Shown here: positions 47,290 to 57,300 of the stretch, in pieces
Position numbering within the stretch: position 1 is the stretch's first letter
How the letters are laid out: the number at the start of each line of letters is the position of its first letter
Virus record (IMG/VR): IMGVR_UViG_3300009500_000013
Direction: 5' to 3' (one strand)
Source of the DNA: an uncultured virus (IMG/VR IMGVR_UViG_3300009500_000013)
Taxonomy: Duplodnaviria > Heunggongvirae > Uroviricota > Caudoviricetes
Length of the DNA stretch: 64,000 bases
The notes under the pieces: generated by a model
The model's input: only the letters and a program-made list of their open reading frames with translations
Told to the model about the DNA's origin: nothing
Database searches by the model: none
Made by a program: the position numbers and the translations under genes

Positions 47290-49470
47290 TTAAATCCCAA
47301 ACCCAATAGGTCTACTACCATCAAGTTTTTTTATTTCATATTCATTTTTTACCATTTCTAAAATTTCTTGTTCATCAATGGTTCCTAATATATCCGTTCG
47401 TTTTTTAACAGCTACGAAATCTCCAGGACTTAACTTCCAATGTTTTGGAACAGAAACATTGTCTAATCCAAAAAATCTATGAAATGATTTTACTATTTGT
47501 TCGTTACTTAGCCAATCAAATTTAGCTTTAAAAACAAACCTTCTCATTGCTGCTTCATCAAGATTATCAATCAAGTTCGTAGTACAAATAAATGGGTGCT
47601 TAGCACTTTCCATTTGTGTAAGCATTTCATTTACTGCTGTAATTTCCCATGATTGTCTTGCGTTTTTTCTACTTTGTAAAAAACTATCTGCTTCATCAAA
47701 AATAAGCATAGCATTTTCAGAATCTGCTTCTTCAAAAGCTGCTGCAATATTGGCTTCCGTTTTTCCCACCCACATAGAGATTAAATCGCTTGCTTTTTTA
47801 AATATTACTTTTAAACCTAAAGTTTTTGCAATATGTCGTGCATATGCACTTTTACCAGTTCCAGGAGCACCATGTAATATCATGCTCCATGCGTTAGTTT
47901 TTGAAGCATGTAATTTTTGCATAGCTATTTGCAAATCAATATCTGTGTTTGCCAAAGTAAAATCATATGGGATAAATTCACCAATATAAGAGTCTTTATT
48001 TGCTTTTGGTTTTTCTCCATGATTATAAGCAGTCAATAAAGATTCAATAACTTGTACTGCTTGTTTATTATCTAATTTCGCACGATTAGCTATTTCTGAT
48101 ACCCCATTAATAACTGATGGGGAAGTATGTAAATCAGAAAATATATCTAAAGTTTCTTCATCTAAAGTTATATTATTTTCTTTTGTAATACTTTCCCAAA
48201 GTTGTTTTCTTTCTTTTTTCTTTGGTATTTCAAATTTTACTGCATAGCTCATTCTTCTAAGCATACTTTGATCAAAACCGCTAATACTGTTAGATGTCCA
48301 AATTACTGGCACTTCACAATTTTCTAACATACGGTTAATCGTGTTTTTACTTATACACAATTTGTCTATACGCAAAATATCTTCCATTTCATCAAAAAGC
48401 AAAACTATATTTTCTTTTTTGAAGTTTTTAAAAAAACTTAAAGCAAACTGTAAGTCACTTAATCTTAAATCAGGAGTATCATCGACTCCCTCACCAATAA
48501 CAATAAGTTTCCATTTATTTTTATCAGCTAAAGCATGAACCATTTCAGTTTTGCCAGTTCCAGGCAATCCATATAATAAAATGTTAGTACCATTAACGGA
48601 ATCTTTAATGCTAGATTTTACTAATTTTTCAATAATTGGTACATGAATATTATCAGAAAAGTTGCTATAATTTAATTTTCTTTTAAAGTCATCCTTAAAA
48701 TATTTAACAATATTTTCAAAATTAATTTTTTTATCATCTAAAATGATTTTGACATATATGTTTTGAACTCTTGGCCAATAAGGATACACCTTCGTATCAG
48801 AATTAAACATTTCTACTAAACCATCAGTAGATGGCATACAAATACCTAATTCTACAAAATCTTCAATAATTTTTTTATTTTTTTCTTTTGCTAATACTTC
48901 AGTCATTTTGAAAAAATTATTTTTCCAATATTCCTTATTTAATGCCCAGTTATCAAATAATTGAATTGAACTGACATTAAAAGTGGATAATAATTCTGCA
49001 TCCATGAGAAATTGAAACATTTTTGTTTGTTGTTTATTAAAATCAAACAATTTTTGTATTTCTTTAACTTGCTTTCCAATTTTAACTTCAGTGTCATCCG
49101 TAATATTATATTTCTTTTTAAATTTCTTTAATAAATTATTAAGCTCTATAATAACTTGTTTATTCATGTCAATTGGTCTGACTTTGGCATTTGAATCATC
49201 AGCTAAAACATTAGTAGGCTTTTTTCTTCTTCTTTTGTTATTAGAATCTCTGTATTCACATATAATTTCAATAAAATCTTGTAAATCATCATTAGATTGA
49301 TAGCCAAGATATTGCCAAGCATTGGTTATGCCATCAGAAAAATCAGTTATAAATCTAGTAACTACTGAAATTCTATTATTACGCATTAATTCATTAACTA
49401 ACCTAAGAAAATATATATTAAAATTATATTCAGAAATATCTGTTTCTTTTCTAAATTCTGCATTAGCCAT
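47290..49470 (-). CDS. AAA+ ATPase with two ATPase domains
   Basis: GLPGTGKT/LLFDEME and GAPGTGKS/LIFDEAD, TN..D.A..RRF; ends in IGF. Confidence 0.92.
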   Translation of the reverse strand: MANAEFRKETDISEYNFNIYFLRLVNELMRNNRISVVTRFITDFSDGITNAWQYLGYQSNDDLQDFIEIICEYRDSNNKRRRKKPTNVLADDSNAKVRPIDMNKQVIIELNNLLKKFKKKYNITDDTEVKIGKQVKEIQKLFDFNKQQTKMFQFLMDAELLSTFNVSSIQLFDNWALNKEYWKNNFFKMTEVLAKEKNKKIIEDFVELGICMPSTDGLVEMFNSDTKVYPYWPRVQNIYVKIILDDKKINFENIVKYFKDDFKRKLNYSNFSDNIHVPIIEKLVKSSIKDSVNGTNILLYGLPGTGKTEMVHALADKNKWKLIVIGEGVDDTPDLRLSDLQFALSFFKNFKKENIVLLFDEMEDILRIDKLCISKNTINRMLENCEVPVIWTSNSISGFDQSMLRRMSYAVKFEIPKKKERKQLWESITKENNITLDEETLDIFSDLHTSPSVINGVSEIANRAKLDNKQAVQVIESLLTAYNHGEKPKANKDSYIGEFIPYDFTLANTDIDLQIAMQKLHASKTNAWSMILHGAPGTGKSAYARHIAKTLGLKVIFKKASDLISMWVGKTEANIAAAFEEADSENAMLIFDEADSFLQSRKNARQSWEITAVNEMLTQMESAKHPFICTTNLIDNLDEAAMRRFVFKAKFDWLSNEQIVKSFHRFFGLDNVSVPKHWKLSPGDFVAVKKRTDILGTIDEQEILEMVKNEYEIKKLDGSRPIGFGI

Positions 49471-49552
49471 ATATTAAAACCTAATTTTTTGAATTTTGTA
49501 AAATATTATACTTTTAACCTTAACATCTTTTATACGTTAAGTCAATAGCAAA

Positions 49553-50281
49553 TTATTTAAAAGGAGAAACTAAATTACTATGATGTTTACTAAAATTTAA
49601 AAATTTTTGAAAAGGGATTTCAAAATTAAAATCTAAATGACAAAGTTCAAAAAGAAAAATAATTGTTTGAATACCAAAAAACTCTTGTTCTTCCAACATT
49701 GGTTCATTACTCAACTTTAAATAATTATATTCTTTTTCTGATATAATAATAAAAGTTCTAATTCCATTGTTATAATAAGCTAATTCATATTCTATACCCA
49801 TAGAATCTAAATATTTTATAAATTCATGCTCTCTATCATTTACAACAGAAATCCAGTTATTATCGTTTTTATAAAGGTAGGATGTAAAAGAACTACTGTG
49901 AGCAATACTATCAGCAATTTCTGATGAACTAATAACATTATAAAGTCTTAAGAAATCAACAAATATTTTATAATTTGCATATAACCAAAAGGTTTCCTCA
50001 TCTTTTTCATTTTTAAATTTAAAGTTTAATAGATTTATTTGTTTGGTTATATTTTTATATGTTTTAATCATTCTATTACTGCTTACTGTGGTTTTTTTAT
50101 ACAAAGAAACAGAATTTGCATGAACAATTAGTGCTATTAGTCTTTTAGTTATATGATAATAGGAAACATCTTGCATTTCTGGAAGATAGTTTTTTAAACA
50201 CCATTCACTGGCTTTCCAATTTCTATTTTCATTAAGATCAAATAAACTATCTTTAACAATATGAAAACTATATAATTTCAT
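49553..50281 (-). CDS. long member of the DxNY(F/L)xL superfamily
   Basis: YLDSMGIEY...IISEKEYNYLKL. Confidence 0.65.
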   Translation of the reverse strand: MKLYSFHIVKDSLFDLNENRNWKASEWCLKNYLPEMQDVSYYHITKRLIALIVHANSVSLYKKTTVSSNRMIKTYKNITKQINLLNFKFKNEKDEETFWLYANYKIFVDFLRLYNVISSSEIADSIAHSSSFTSYLYKNDNNWISVVNDREHEFIKYLDSMGIEYELAYYNNGIRTFIIISEKEYNYLKLSNEPMLEEQEFFGIQTIIFLFELCHLDFNFEIPFQKFLNFSKHHSNLVSPFK

Positions 50282-50318
50282 AATTTACTCCAATTTGGAA
50301 TATCTTATAGAATATAAA

Positions 50319-50750
50319 TCATTTTGTCAATGGAATTTTTCCTAAATTTATAAACATTTTAATCTGTAAATTATCTTTTAAGATTATTGAAGAACTTCCA
50401 ATTATGTCAATTCTTGCTTGGTTTAATAGGTGATTTCTTGAAAATAAAGCTAGAGCTTTTCTTGCATTTTCTATTTTATCACTACCAACATCTACTTCAT
50501 CTTCCTTATCACCCACTCCACAGCGAAGGCTTACCCAGTTTTTACGAAACATTTCTTTTATTAAAGGATAATCATAATCTTCATTAGGATCAATGTCTTT
50601 TATTCTATCTAATGATAAATCATATTTTTCAGGATTTTTCAATAATTGAGCAGTGTGATAACCATCAAACTCTATCATTTTCCTAGAGTTTAGGTCAATC
50701 CAAAAACTTTTTGAATTATGGATATATTCTAATAAAGCTAACAATTTCAT
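50319..50750 (-). CDS. hypothetical, possibly head-packaged protein
   Basis: N-terminal MKLLALLE; TAAATA immediately upstream. Confidence 0.55.
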   Translation of the reverse strand: MKLLALLEYIHNSKSFWIDLNSRKMIEFDGYHTAQLLKNPEKYDLSLDRIKDIDPNEDYDYPLIKEMFRKNWVSLRCGVGDKEDEVDVGSDKIENARKALALFSRNHLLNQARIDIIGSSSIILKDNLQIKMFINLGKIPLTK

Positions 50751-50768
50751 AATTTTATTTATGATAAA

Positions 50769-52115
50769 TTATAAATTTTGAGTACAATTAATAGATGTTC
50801 CAACGGTTTCAGATATGTTGTTTGATAAAACATTTAAAAATGTTATTCTACCTCCAGTACCATTATTTCCTTTATTGCTAGATGATAAGCCGCCGTTTGC
50901 ACTTAAAGCATTTGTTATAGTATTTCCCCAAGAATATTCATTAGCAATATATATCCAGCCACCGCCGCCAGCATTAAACCCTATACCGCCTTGACTGTTT
51001 ATAATACTTTGCACAGAATTATTACCTTTGTTTATATATTTTGCATTAATGTGTATTACTCCGCCACCACAACCACTTGCACCAATTTTACTCTCAGCAC
51101 CACCGCAACCACCCAATATTCCTACATTTAAATCGCTTATATATCTATAAACTGGTACTGGTTGAAGTTGTGTTCCCAAACATCCACCACCAAGACCGCC
51201 ATTTTGACCATAGCTTTGGTTTCCTGTAGTTCCTACACTTATAGCACTTCCTCCCCCTCCTACTGTATTCCCATTAGCTGATCCTAAAGTTAAATTTGAA
51301 CTTGTCAATGAATTAATATCTGTGAACATTATATTATTAGTGATTGCATTACTCAAATCTAATACTTCGCTTACGTTTATTTTCCAGCCATTGCTTAGTA
51401 AATGTCCCCCAGCTAAAGTAAGATTTCTCCAATACATATCCCTTGATAATGTTAATGTTCCTGTAGTTAAAGTAAAATCTCCATCGTATCCTGTACCAAA
51501 ATATTCACTATCATAATTCTTAGAATTTGATAAAATATCCCAAGAATTTAGATTGGTATATCGTAAAGTTATACATTCGTTAGGATTTAAGTATATATTT
51601 TTATTTAAGTTAAATCTATTTGTGCTAATACTAAGTGTAGAGTTTTGTAAAAATTTAATTGGAGTTGTGCCATTATTGATTATCAACAATTCTTTACCAC
51701 TAATTCCTGTAGATATTCCACTAACAGATATAAATGCGGAAGAATTTAAATATAATACGTTAGAATTTTCTAAATTTGAAACATAAAAGTCATTTTGATT
51801 TGCAGATACAGAAGAAAACACTTCATGGGTTTTTCCATAAAAAGTAGAAATCGTACTATCTGGATTAACTATAATATCTTGAGTTAAACCACTATGTGCT
51901 AATTGTGAGTTATTTTTAAAATATAAACTTGTACCAAGAGTGATTTCTGATACATTTTCTGAATTTAAAGTAGGATTTCCTAAAAGGCGAGCAGTACCAA
52001 TTAATTGAATTTTTTGATAAGTTATGGCATTATTACTTACATTTAACGGTTGCGGTGTTAAGAGCGTGGTGTCTAAAGTGCCATTTAAATCTGCTGATAA
52101 AGTCAAAATTGTCAT
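50769..52115 (-). CDS. glycine-rich putative virion structural protein
   Basis: FGTG.DG, GGGG.I.I repeats; TAAATA at 52134-52139. Confidence 0.65.
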   Translation of the reverse strand: MTILTLSADLNGTLDTTLLTPQPLNVSNNAITYQKIQLIGTARLLGNPTLNSENVSEITLGTSLYFKNNSQLAHSGLTQDIIVNPDSTISTFYGKTHEVFSSVSANQNDFYVSNLENSNVLYLNSSAFISVSGISTGISGKELLIINNGTTPIKFLQNSTLSISTNRFNLNKNIYLNPNECITLRYTNLNSWDILSNSKNYDSEYFGTGYDGDFTLTTGTLTLSRDMYWRNLTLAGGHLLSNGWKINVSEVLDLSNAITNNIMFTDINSLTSSNLTLGSANGNTVGGGGSAISVGTTGNQSYGQNGGLGGGCLGTQLQPVPVYRYISDLNVGILGGCGGAESKIGASGCGGGVIHINAKYINKGNNSVQSIINSQGGIGFNAGGGGWIYIANEYSWGNTITNALSANGGLSSSNKGNNGTGGRITFLNVLSNNISETVGTSINCTQNL

Positions 52116-52143
52116 TTAAAATCCTTTTAATTATATTTACAAG

Positions 52144-52171
52144 TTGACAGTTTGAATATTTTTGATATAAT
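52144..52171 (+). promoter_or_regulatory. sigma70-type promoter of array B
   Basis: TTGACA-16nt-TATAAT with extended TG. Confidence 0.65.
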
Positions 52172-52178
52172 TTATATT

Positions 52179-52427
52179 ATGAAAAAAATAATTCTATGTT
52201 TTAACACTATAAAAGATTATGGCGGTTATTATGCTATCTGTTTTGAAAAAGTTCATATGATTAAAGAATTTTTAAAATCTAGCAAAATAAAATATGATTC
52301 ATTAGAATTTAAAAGTGTAATAATTGATGAACAAGAATTTGATTATTTATGTTTATGTTTTCCAAACATAAACTTTGATTTTTATATGGAAAATGAACTT
52401 AATGAAAAAATTTACATTATTAAATAG
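52179..52427 (+). CDS. array B paralog 1
   Basis: IKEFL..S.IKY, IDEQEFDYLCLCFP; ATG 52179. Confidence 0.8.
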   Translation: MKKIILCFNTIKDYGGYYAICFEKVHMIKEFLKSSKIKYDSLEFKSVIIDEQEFDYLCLCFPNINFDFYMENELNEKIYIIK

Positions 52428-52430
52428 AAT

Positions 52431-52712
52431 ATGAAAAAAATAGTTTTACATTTTTCTAAAACTTATAAAACAAAAATAAATTTTAACCATAAATTTATTG
52501 AAGATGAATATCGTATTATCTATTGTGAAGAACAAAATAGGATTAAAGAATTTTTAGCAGCTAACAATATCAAATATTCATTAGATTATGATGATATTGC
52601 GATTGATGAACAAGAATTTGATTATTTATGTTTATGTTTTTCAGATATAAACTTTAATTTTCATTATCGTTTCGACGATTCAACATTCTATAGAGTAAGT
52701 AGAATAATATGA
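52431..52712 (+). CDS. array B paralog 2
   Basis: IKEFL..NNIKY, IDEQEFDYLCLCF. Confidence 0.8.
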   Translation: MKKIVLHFSKTYKTKINFNHKFIEDEYRIIYCEEQNRIKEFLAANNIKYSLDYDDIAIDEQEFDYLCLCFSDINFNFHYRFDDSTFYRVSRII

Positions 52713-52960
52713 AATATCATTTAATATTCAATCAAACAATTAAATATAAGGTTTCTGGTCATCAACAATATTGGTCTGTTTGTGACAATCAAAAAATTAT
52801 TAAAAATTTTTTGATTTTAAGCAATATTGAACATATCTGTAAAAAAAACTTTATAAAAATTGACGAAAAAGAATTTAATTATTTGCTTTTGGCTTTTCCA
52901 AACATAAAATTTGATTTTGCTTGTCGTTTCAAAGATGTAACAACCTATAGAATAATATGA
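52709..52960 (+). CDS. array B paralog 3
   Basis: IKNFL..SNIE, IDEKEFNYLLLAFP. Confidence 0.8.
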   Translation: MKYHLIFNQTIKYKVSGHQQYWSVCDNQKIIKNFLILSNIEHICKKNFIKIDEKEFNYLLLAFPNIKFDFACRFKDVTTYRII

Positions 52961-53256
52961 AAAAAATAATTATAGATTTAGCATTTCCACAAACTCATCA
53001 ATATTACAAGAGGGATTTTGATTTTGCTTCTGGTGATATTAACAAATGTTTGGTTACTGACTATAGCAAAAACCAAAATATGATTAAAAAATTTTTAGAA
53101 GCCAGCAATATCAAATATTCATTAATAGCTTATGATACTATTAGGATTTCTGAACAAGAATTTAATTATTTGCTTTTGGCTTTTCCAAATATGAAATATG
53201 AATTAAGAAAATCAAAAATTTTAAACCCAAGGCAATATATAATTTATGCACTATGA
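52957..53256 (+). CDS. array B paralog 4
   Basis: IKKFL..SNIKY, ISEQEFNYLLLAFP. Confidence 0.8.
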   Translation: MKKIIIDLAFPQTHQYYKRDFDFASGDINKCLVTDYSKNQNMIKKFLEASNIKYSLIAYDTIRISEQEFNYLLLAFPNMKYELRKSKILNPRQYIIYAL

Positions 53257-53257
53257 A

Positions 53258-53495
53258 ATGGTTATTTTAATTTTTAAAGATAGTGAAGAAGTTTATCAAA
53301 ACACATGGCTTATTTGTAAAACACAAACAATGATAGAAGAATTTCTTTTAACAAATAAAATTAATTTTATTAATGAAGGAAAGCAAATAATAATGAACCA
53401 AAATAAAAATTAATTTTTTAATGCTCAGTTTTTCAGATATTGATTTTAAGGAATATTATAATAAAAAAACAAATATATTAAGTTATTCAATATGA
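53258..53495 (+). pseudogene. array B paralog 5 with a +1 insertion, not in ORF track
   Basis: MVILIF...IEEFLLTNKINF; removing one A near 53407 gives KINFLMLSFSDI and a TGA overlapping the next ATG. Confidence 0.65.
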
Positions 53496-53776
53496 AAAAA
53501 TCAGTTTTACAATTTGAAAACACTCCTAAAAATTGGGATAGAGTTGGTAGTCACAACATATTTTTAGCAAGCAATGAACAAAAAACTATAGAAAATTTTT
53601 TAGTCTTTAGTAAGATTGAATATTTTGGAAATGATTACCAAATAGAATTGCAAGAAAAAGATATTTTATATGTAATATTATGTTTTCCTAATTTAATTTT
53701 TGAAAAACTTGATCTATCTGAAAGTAATCTTAGTTGGTTAAGTAAAAATTTTGAATCTTACTATTTAGTTAAGTAA
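53492..53776 (+). CDS. array B paralog 6
   Basis: IENFL..SKIEY, LQEKDILYVILCFP. Confidence 0.75.
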   Translation: MKKSVLQFENTPKNWDRVGSHNIFLASNEQKTIENFLVFSKIEYFGNDYQIELQEKDILYVILCFPNLIFEKLDLSESNLSWLSKNFESYYLVK

Positions 53777-53790
53777 AAATAGAGGTTGTA

Positions 53791-54069
53791 ATGAAAATAT
53801 TAAAAAATATTTTGGAATTATTTAAAATAAAAAATAAAAAAGAAATAAAAATATCTATTATAGAACTTCTTAAATGTGCAAAAATAGGAGATTTATTTTT
53901 GGTGAATAACTATAATCATTTAGATAAAAACAATATAATTAAATATGTAGGAAGAAATGGGGTTGACCATTTGCAGTTTCTGAAAGATAATAACGGCGTT
54001 TCAATATTAGTTGAAACTAATAGATATGGCGAAAATCCTTTATTTAAGATAACCAAGAAATATATATGA
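53791..54069 (+). CDS. hypothetical protein
   Basis: GAGG RBS; lacks the family motif. Confidence 0.6.
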   Translation: MKILKNILELFKIKNKKEIKISIIELLKCAKIGDLFLVNNYNHLDKNNIIKYVGRNGVDHLQFLKDNNGVSILVETNRYGENPLFKITKKYI

Positions 54070-54377
54070 ACAAATTTGAAATAACCTTATCTTTTCCAAA
54101 AATTTATAATTCCTCCAAGGAATTGATAAATCCTTATGATCATTTTACTGTTAGTTTTATAAAAATGCTTAGTGATAACGGAATTAATTATAAACAAATA
54201 AAATCTGATATAATTATAGAAAACATTGATTTTCTTTATCTTCGTCTTATAATTACAGATAGATTCTCTTTTATTCAAAGAGAAGAATTTACAGAAAGCA
54301 AAGAAATAATTAAACAAGATTTCTCTGTAGTTTTTACTCCTAATTTTACTTATTGTGACTATATGATTAAAAAATAA
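54066..54377 (+). CDS. array B paralog 7 (divergent)
   Basis: L.DNGINY, IENIDFLYLRL. Confidence 0.7.
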   Translation: MNKFEITLSFPKIYNSSKELINPYDHFTVSFIKMLSDNGINYKQIKSDIIIENIDFLYLRLIITDRFSFIQREEFTESKEIIKQDFSVVFTPNFTYCDYMIKK

Positions 54378-54382
54378 AAAAT

Positions 54383-57300
54383 TTAACCACTAAAATTTAC
54401 ACTACCAGAACCCATCCTTAAAAAATCAGCAACTTCAGAATCTGCGTAAATTAACCCTTCAGTGTTAACTTCCCAATTTAATCTGTTATCTGGTAAAATT
54501 TGATTTGTATTTGCATCTCTCACTATAGTTCCAGATGATAATTGTAAATTTATACCAGTTCCTTGTGTTCCCCTTAAGCATTGACCAAGAACATTTTGGT
54601 TTGGAACTGAGGTATCTACTGTCCAAAAAATTATTCTTTCTCCATTTATAAAGATAATCCCTGGTTCTTGATTGTTGATATCTGGCTGTTTTAAAACAGT
54701 AGCATCATTAACTGTAATTGTTCTATCTGAAGGAAGTAAGGTATTAGTTAAAAATGTACTGTTAGCATCACTAATTCTACTAAATTCATAATTACCAAAA
54801 ATATTTTTGAATATTCTAAACGCAATAGGTTCTTTTGATGGAAGTTGCGTAAAATATTTTATAACAATTTTGTCACCAACATTATACATATCTGTTATTT
54901 GAACAGCAATATTGTTTGAAGCATTAGCAAATCCAGATTCACTAGCATTATCTTTAAGACTATCATATCCAGTAGTTGAATCAATTAATTTATAATTAAC
55001 GCCATAATTTAATAAATTACCATTTTTATAAACAAGAATACTATTAATATCTCTTGGTTTTAATCCAAAAATATAATTATTATTAGGGTTTGAAAAGTAA
55101 GCTAACTGATAAGTACCAAAAGTGTCATCTATTGCATAAGTAGTAACTGCTAAGGTATCACCAGCATTCCCAACATTTAATTGAATACTCTCGTTGCCTA
55201 TAATACTATAATCAGCACCTTCTTGAACTATTACTAAATAAGTTTCGCCTATTGTTCCAGCATCATTAAAAATTATTTGAGTATTGGTAGTGGTATAAGT
55301 AGTTGGGTCATCTAATTGTCCGTTATTATATAGAATAACATTAGTAGTTAATAAGGCAGAAACTGGCAAATTATAGGAGGTAGTTATACCATCTCTAGTA
55401 AAAACATTTGATGGAAATGGCATTAATCTTAAACCATTTAAGAACACGTCAGTATTTAATAATTGCGGATTTGCATTTTTAGCAGGGCTAGCAACAGGAA
55501 CTAATTGATTAGTAGAAGTCAAAACCGTTTGTTCTGTTAAAATTTTACTAAAAGTATTTCTATCAAAAATAGTTATTGCTACTTGACTATTATTAGGAAT
55601 AGGACTCATTATAGTTATTTGTGTTCCTGAATAAGAAACAGTAGCAATAGCTCCATCAACTGTAGCAAATATATTTGATACGTCACTTATAGGAGTTTTC
55701 AAATCAAATGTTGTAGCATTAGAATTATTATAAACTTTTCTTTTTTGAATTACTCCACCACCAACACCAAAACTTGTTATCGTCAATATATCGTTAGTAA
55801 AAATTGCATTATTTAATATTATTGTTGAATTGTTTGTATTATAAGTAAATTGCGAAGGCTTTAGTAATACTCCATTCAAATAAACAAATAATGCTTGTTT
55901 ATTTTGAGGTACTTGTCCTATTGTAAATGAACCAGTGATGCCTGCTGGCGTACCAGAAAATATTTTAGTACGCATTTTTGGTCTTCTAATTTGACTTACA
56001 GGTAAATCTGTTAGATCACTATCATATTGTCCCGTATCATAACCAACTGTATCATAGCCACTAATTCCAGTTGGGGTATCTTGTGTGTAAATACTAATAG
56101 AAACTGCATCCCCTGCTCTAACTCGGGTTAACTCTTCAGGATGATTTTTACTTAATAAAGGCTCAATAAATTTATTTCCATCAATGATTATACTGCTATC
56201 AGTGTTATTAACTGGTAAGAAATTTCCAGGAATAGTTACATTACTTGCACCACCATTGACAAAAACATCATAGAATTTTTCTAAATCTCTAGTATCAAAA
56301 TCATATCCACCAAGAACATTTTCATCATATGGTTGATTATCAAATCCTGCACCCAAAACAGTTCCAAACTGATAAAATTTAGCACCATCCATTACCGTAC
56401 CGCCAAATTCTGTTCTACTAACTAATTGACTTAATACTTTTGGTGGCATTCCTTCAGTTGGTGCGTAATATAATTGTGCTCTATCTGCTGCTGTTAATTT
56501 ATTCACATCATAATTAGCTGGGTTTGCATTATCAGGAATATTGCTAGTTCCAATAACTCTATCATAAAGAAACTTAATATGATTAGTATATTGATCAGTA
56601 ACTTGAACATTTGCAGTATCTACTTGGGTTCTGCGTTGTTCTGTTAATGTTCTAAGTTTAACGTGATATGGCTTTGCTTCTGTAAAGAAACTTACTAGAT
56701 CATCCGTTTCATCATTAGGTAAAATATAATCTTGGGTAAAAGATAGATCAAATCCCTGACCATAAACCATACTGGTTTTAAATGCCCAAGGAATAATACT
56801 TTGTTCAGTATGAGCATATCTTACCATAGTGATAAAAATTTCATTTTGCTGCACAGTAGTCAATAACGTATTTCTAAAAGCAAGAATAAAGTTTTTTAAT
56901 ACGGTACTTATTGCCAAATCTAAAGAAGTATTTGTAATATCGTAATTATATAAATTATCTAAAAACTCAATAGTTCCGTTACCTTGTGCGATTAATGCAA
57001 ATTGACTTAATCCATTTACTAACGTATATAGATAAATTGCAAAATTGCCAGCTCCATTGTTTAAAACTTTAATAATGTTTCCTGATACAAATTCATTAAC
57101 ATTTGAATTCATATCACTAATAGTGTTAAATGTATAATCTATTTTTGTAGAAACACTATATCCTGCACTATACCAATCAATATTTTGCCAGTAATCAGTC
57201 GATCTATATTGTTCATTTGAAATTAACGTCCATTGTGAATTTCCTTGGTAAGTCCATAAACTCCAATAATTATTAAGTAATTCATCATTTAGTACTAATA

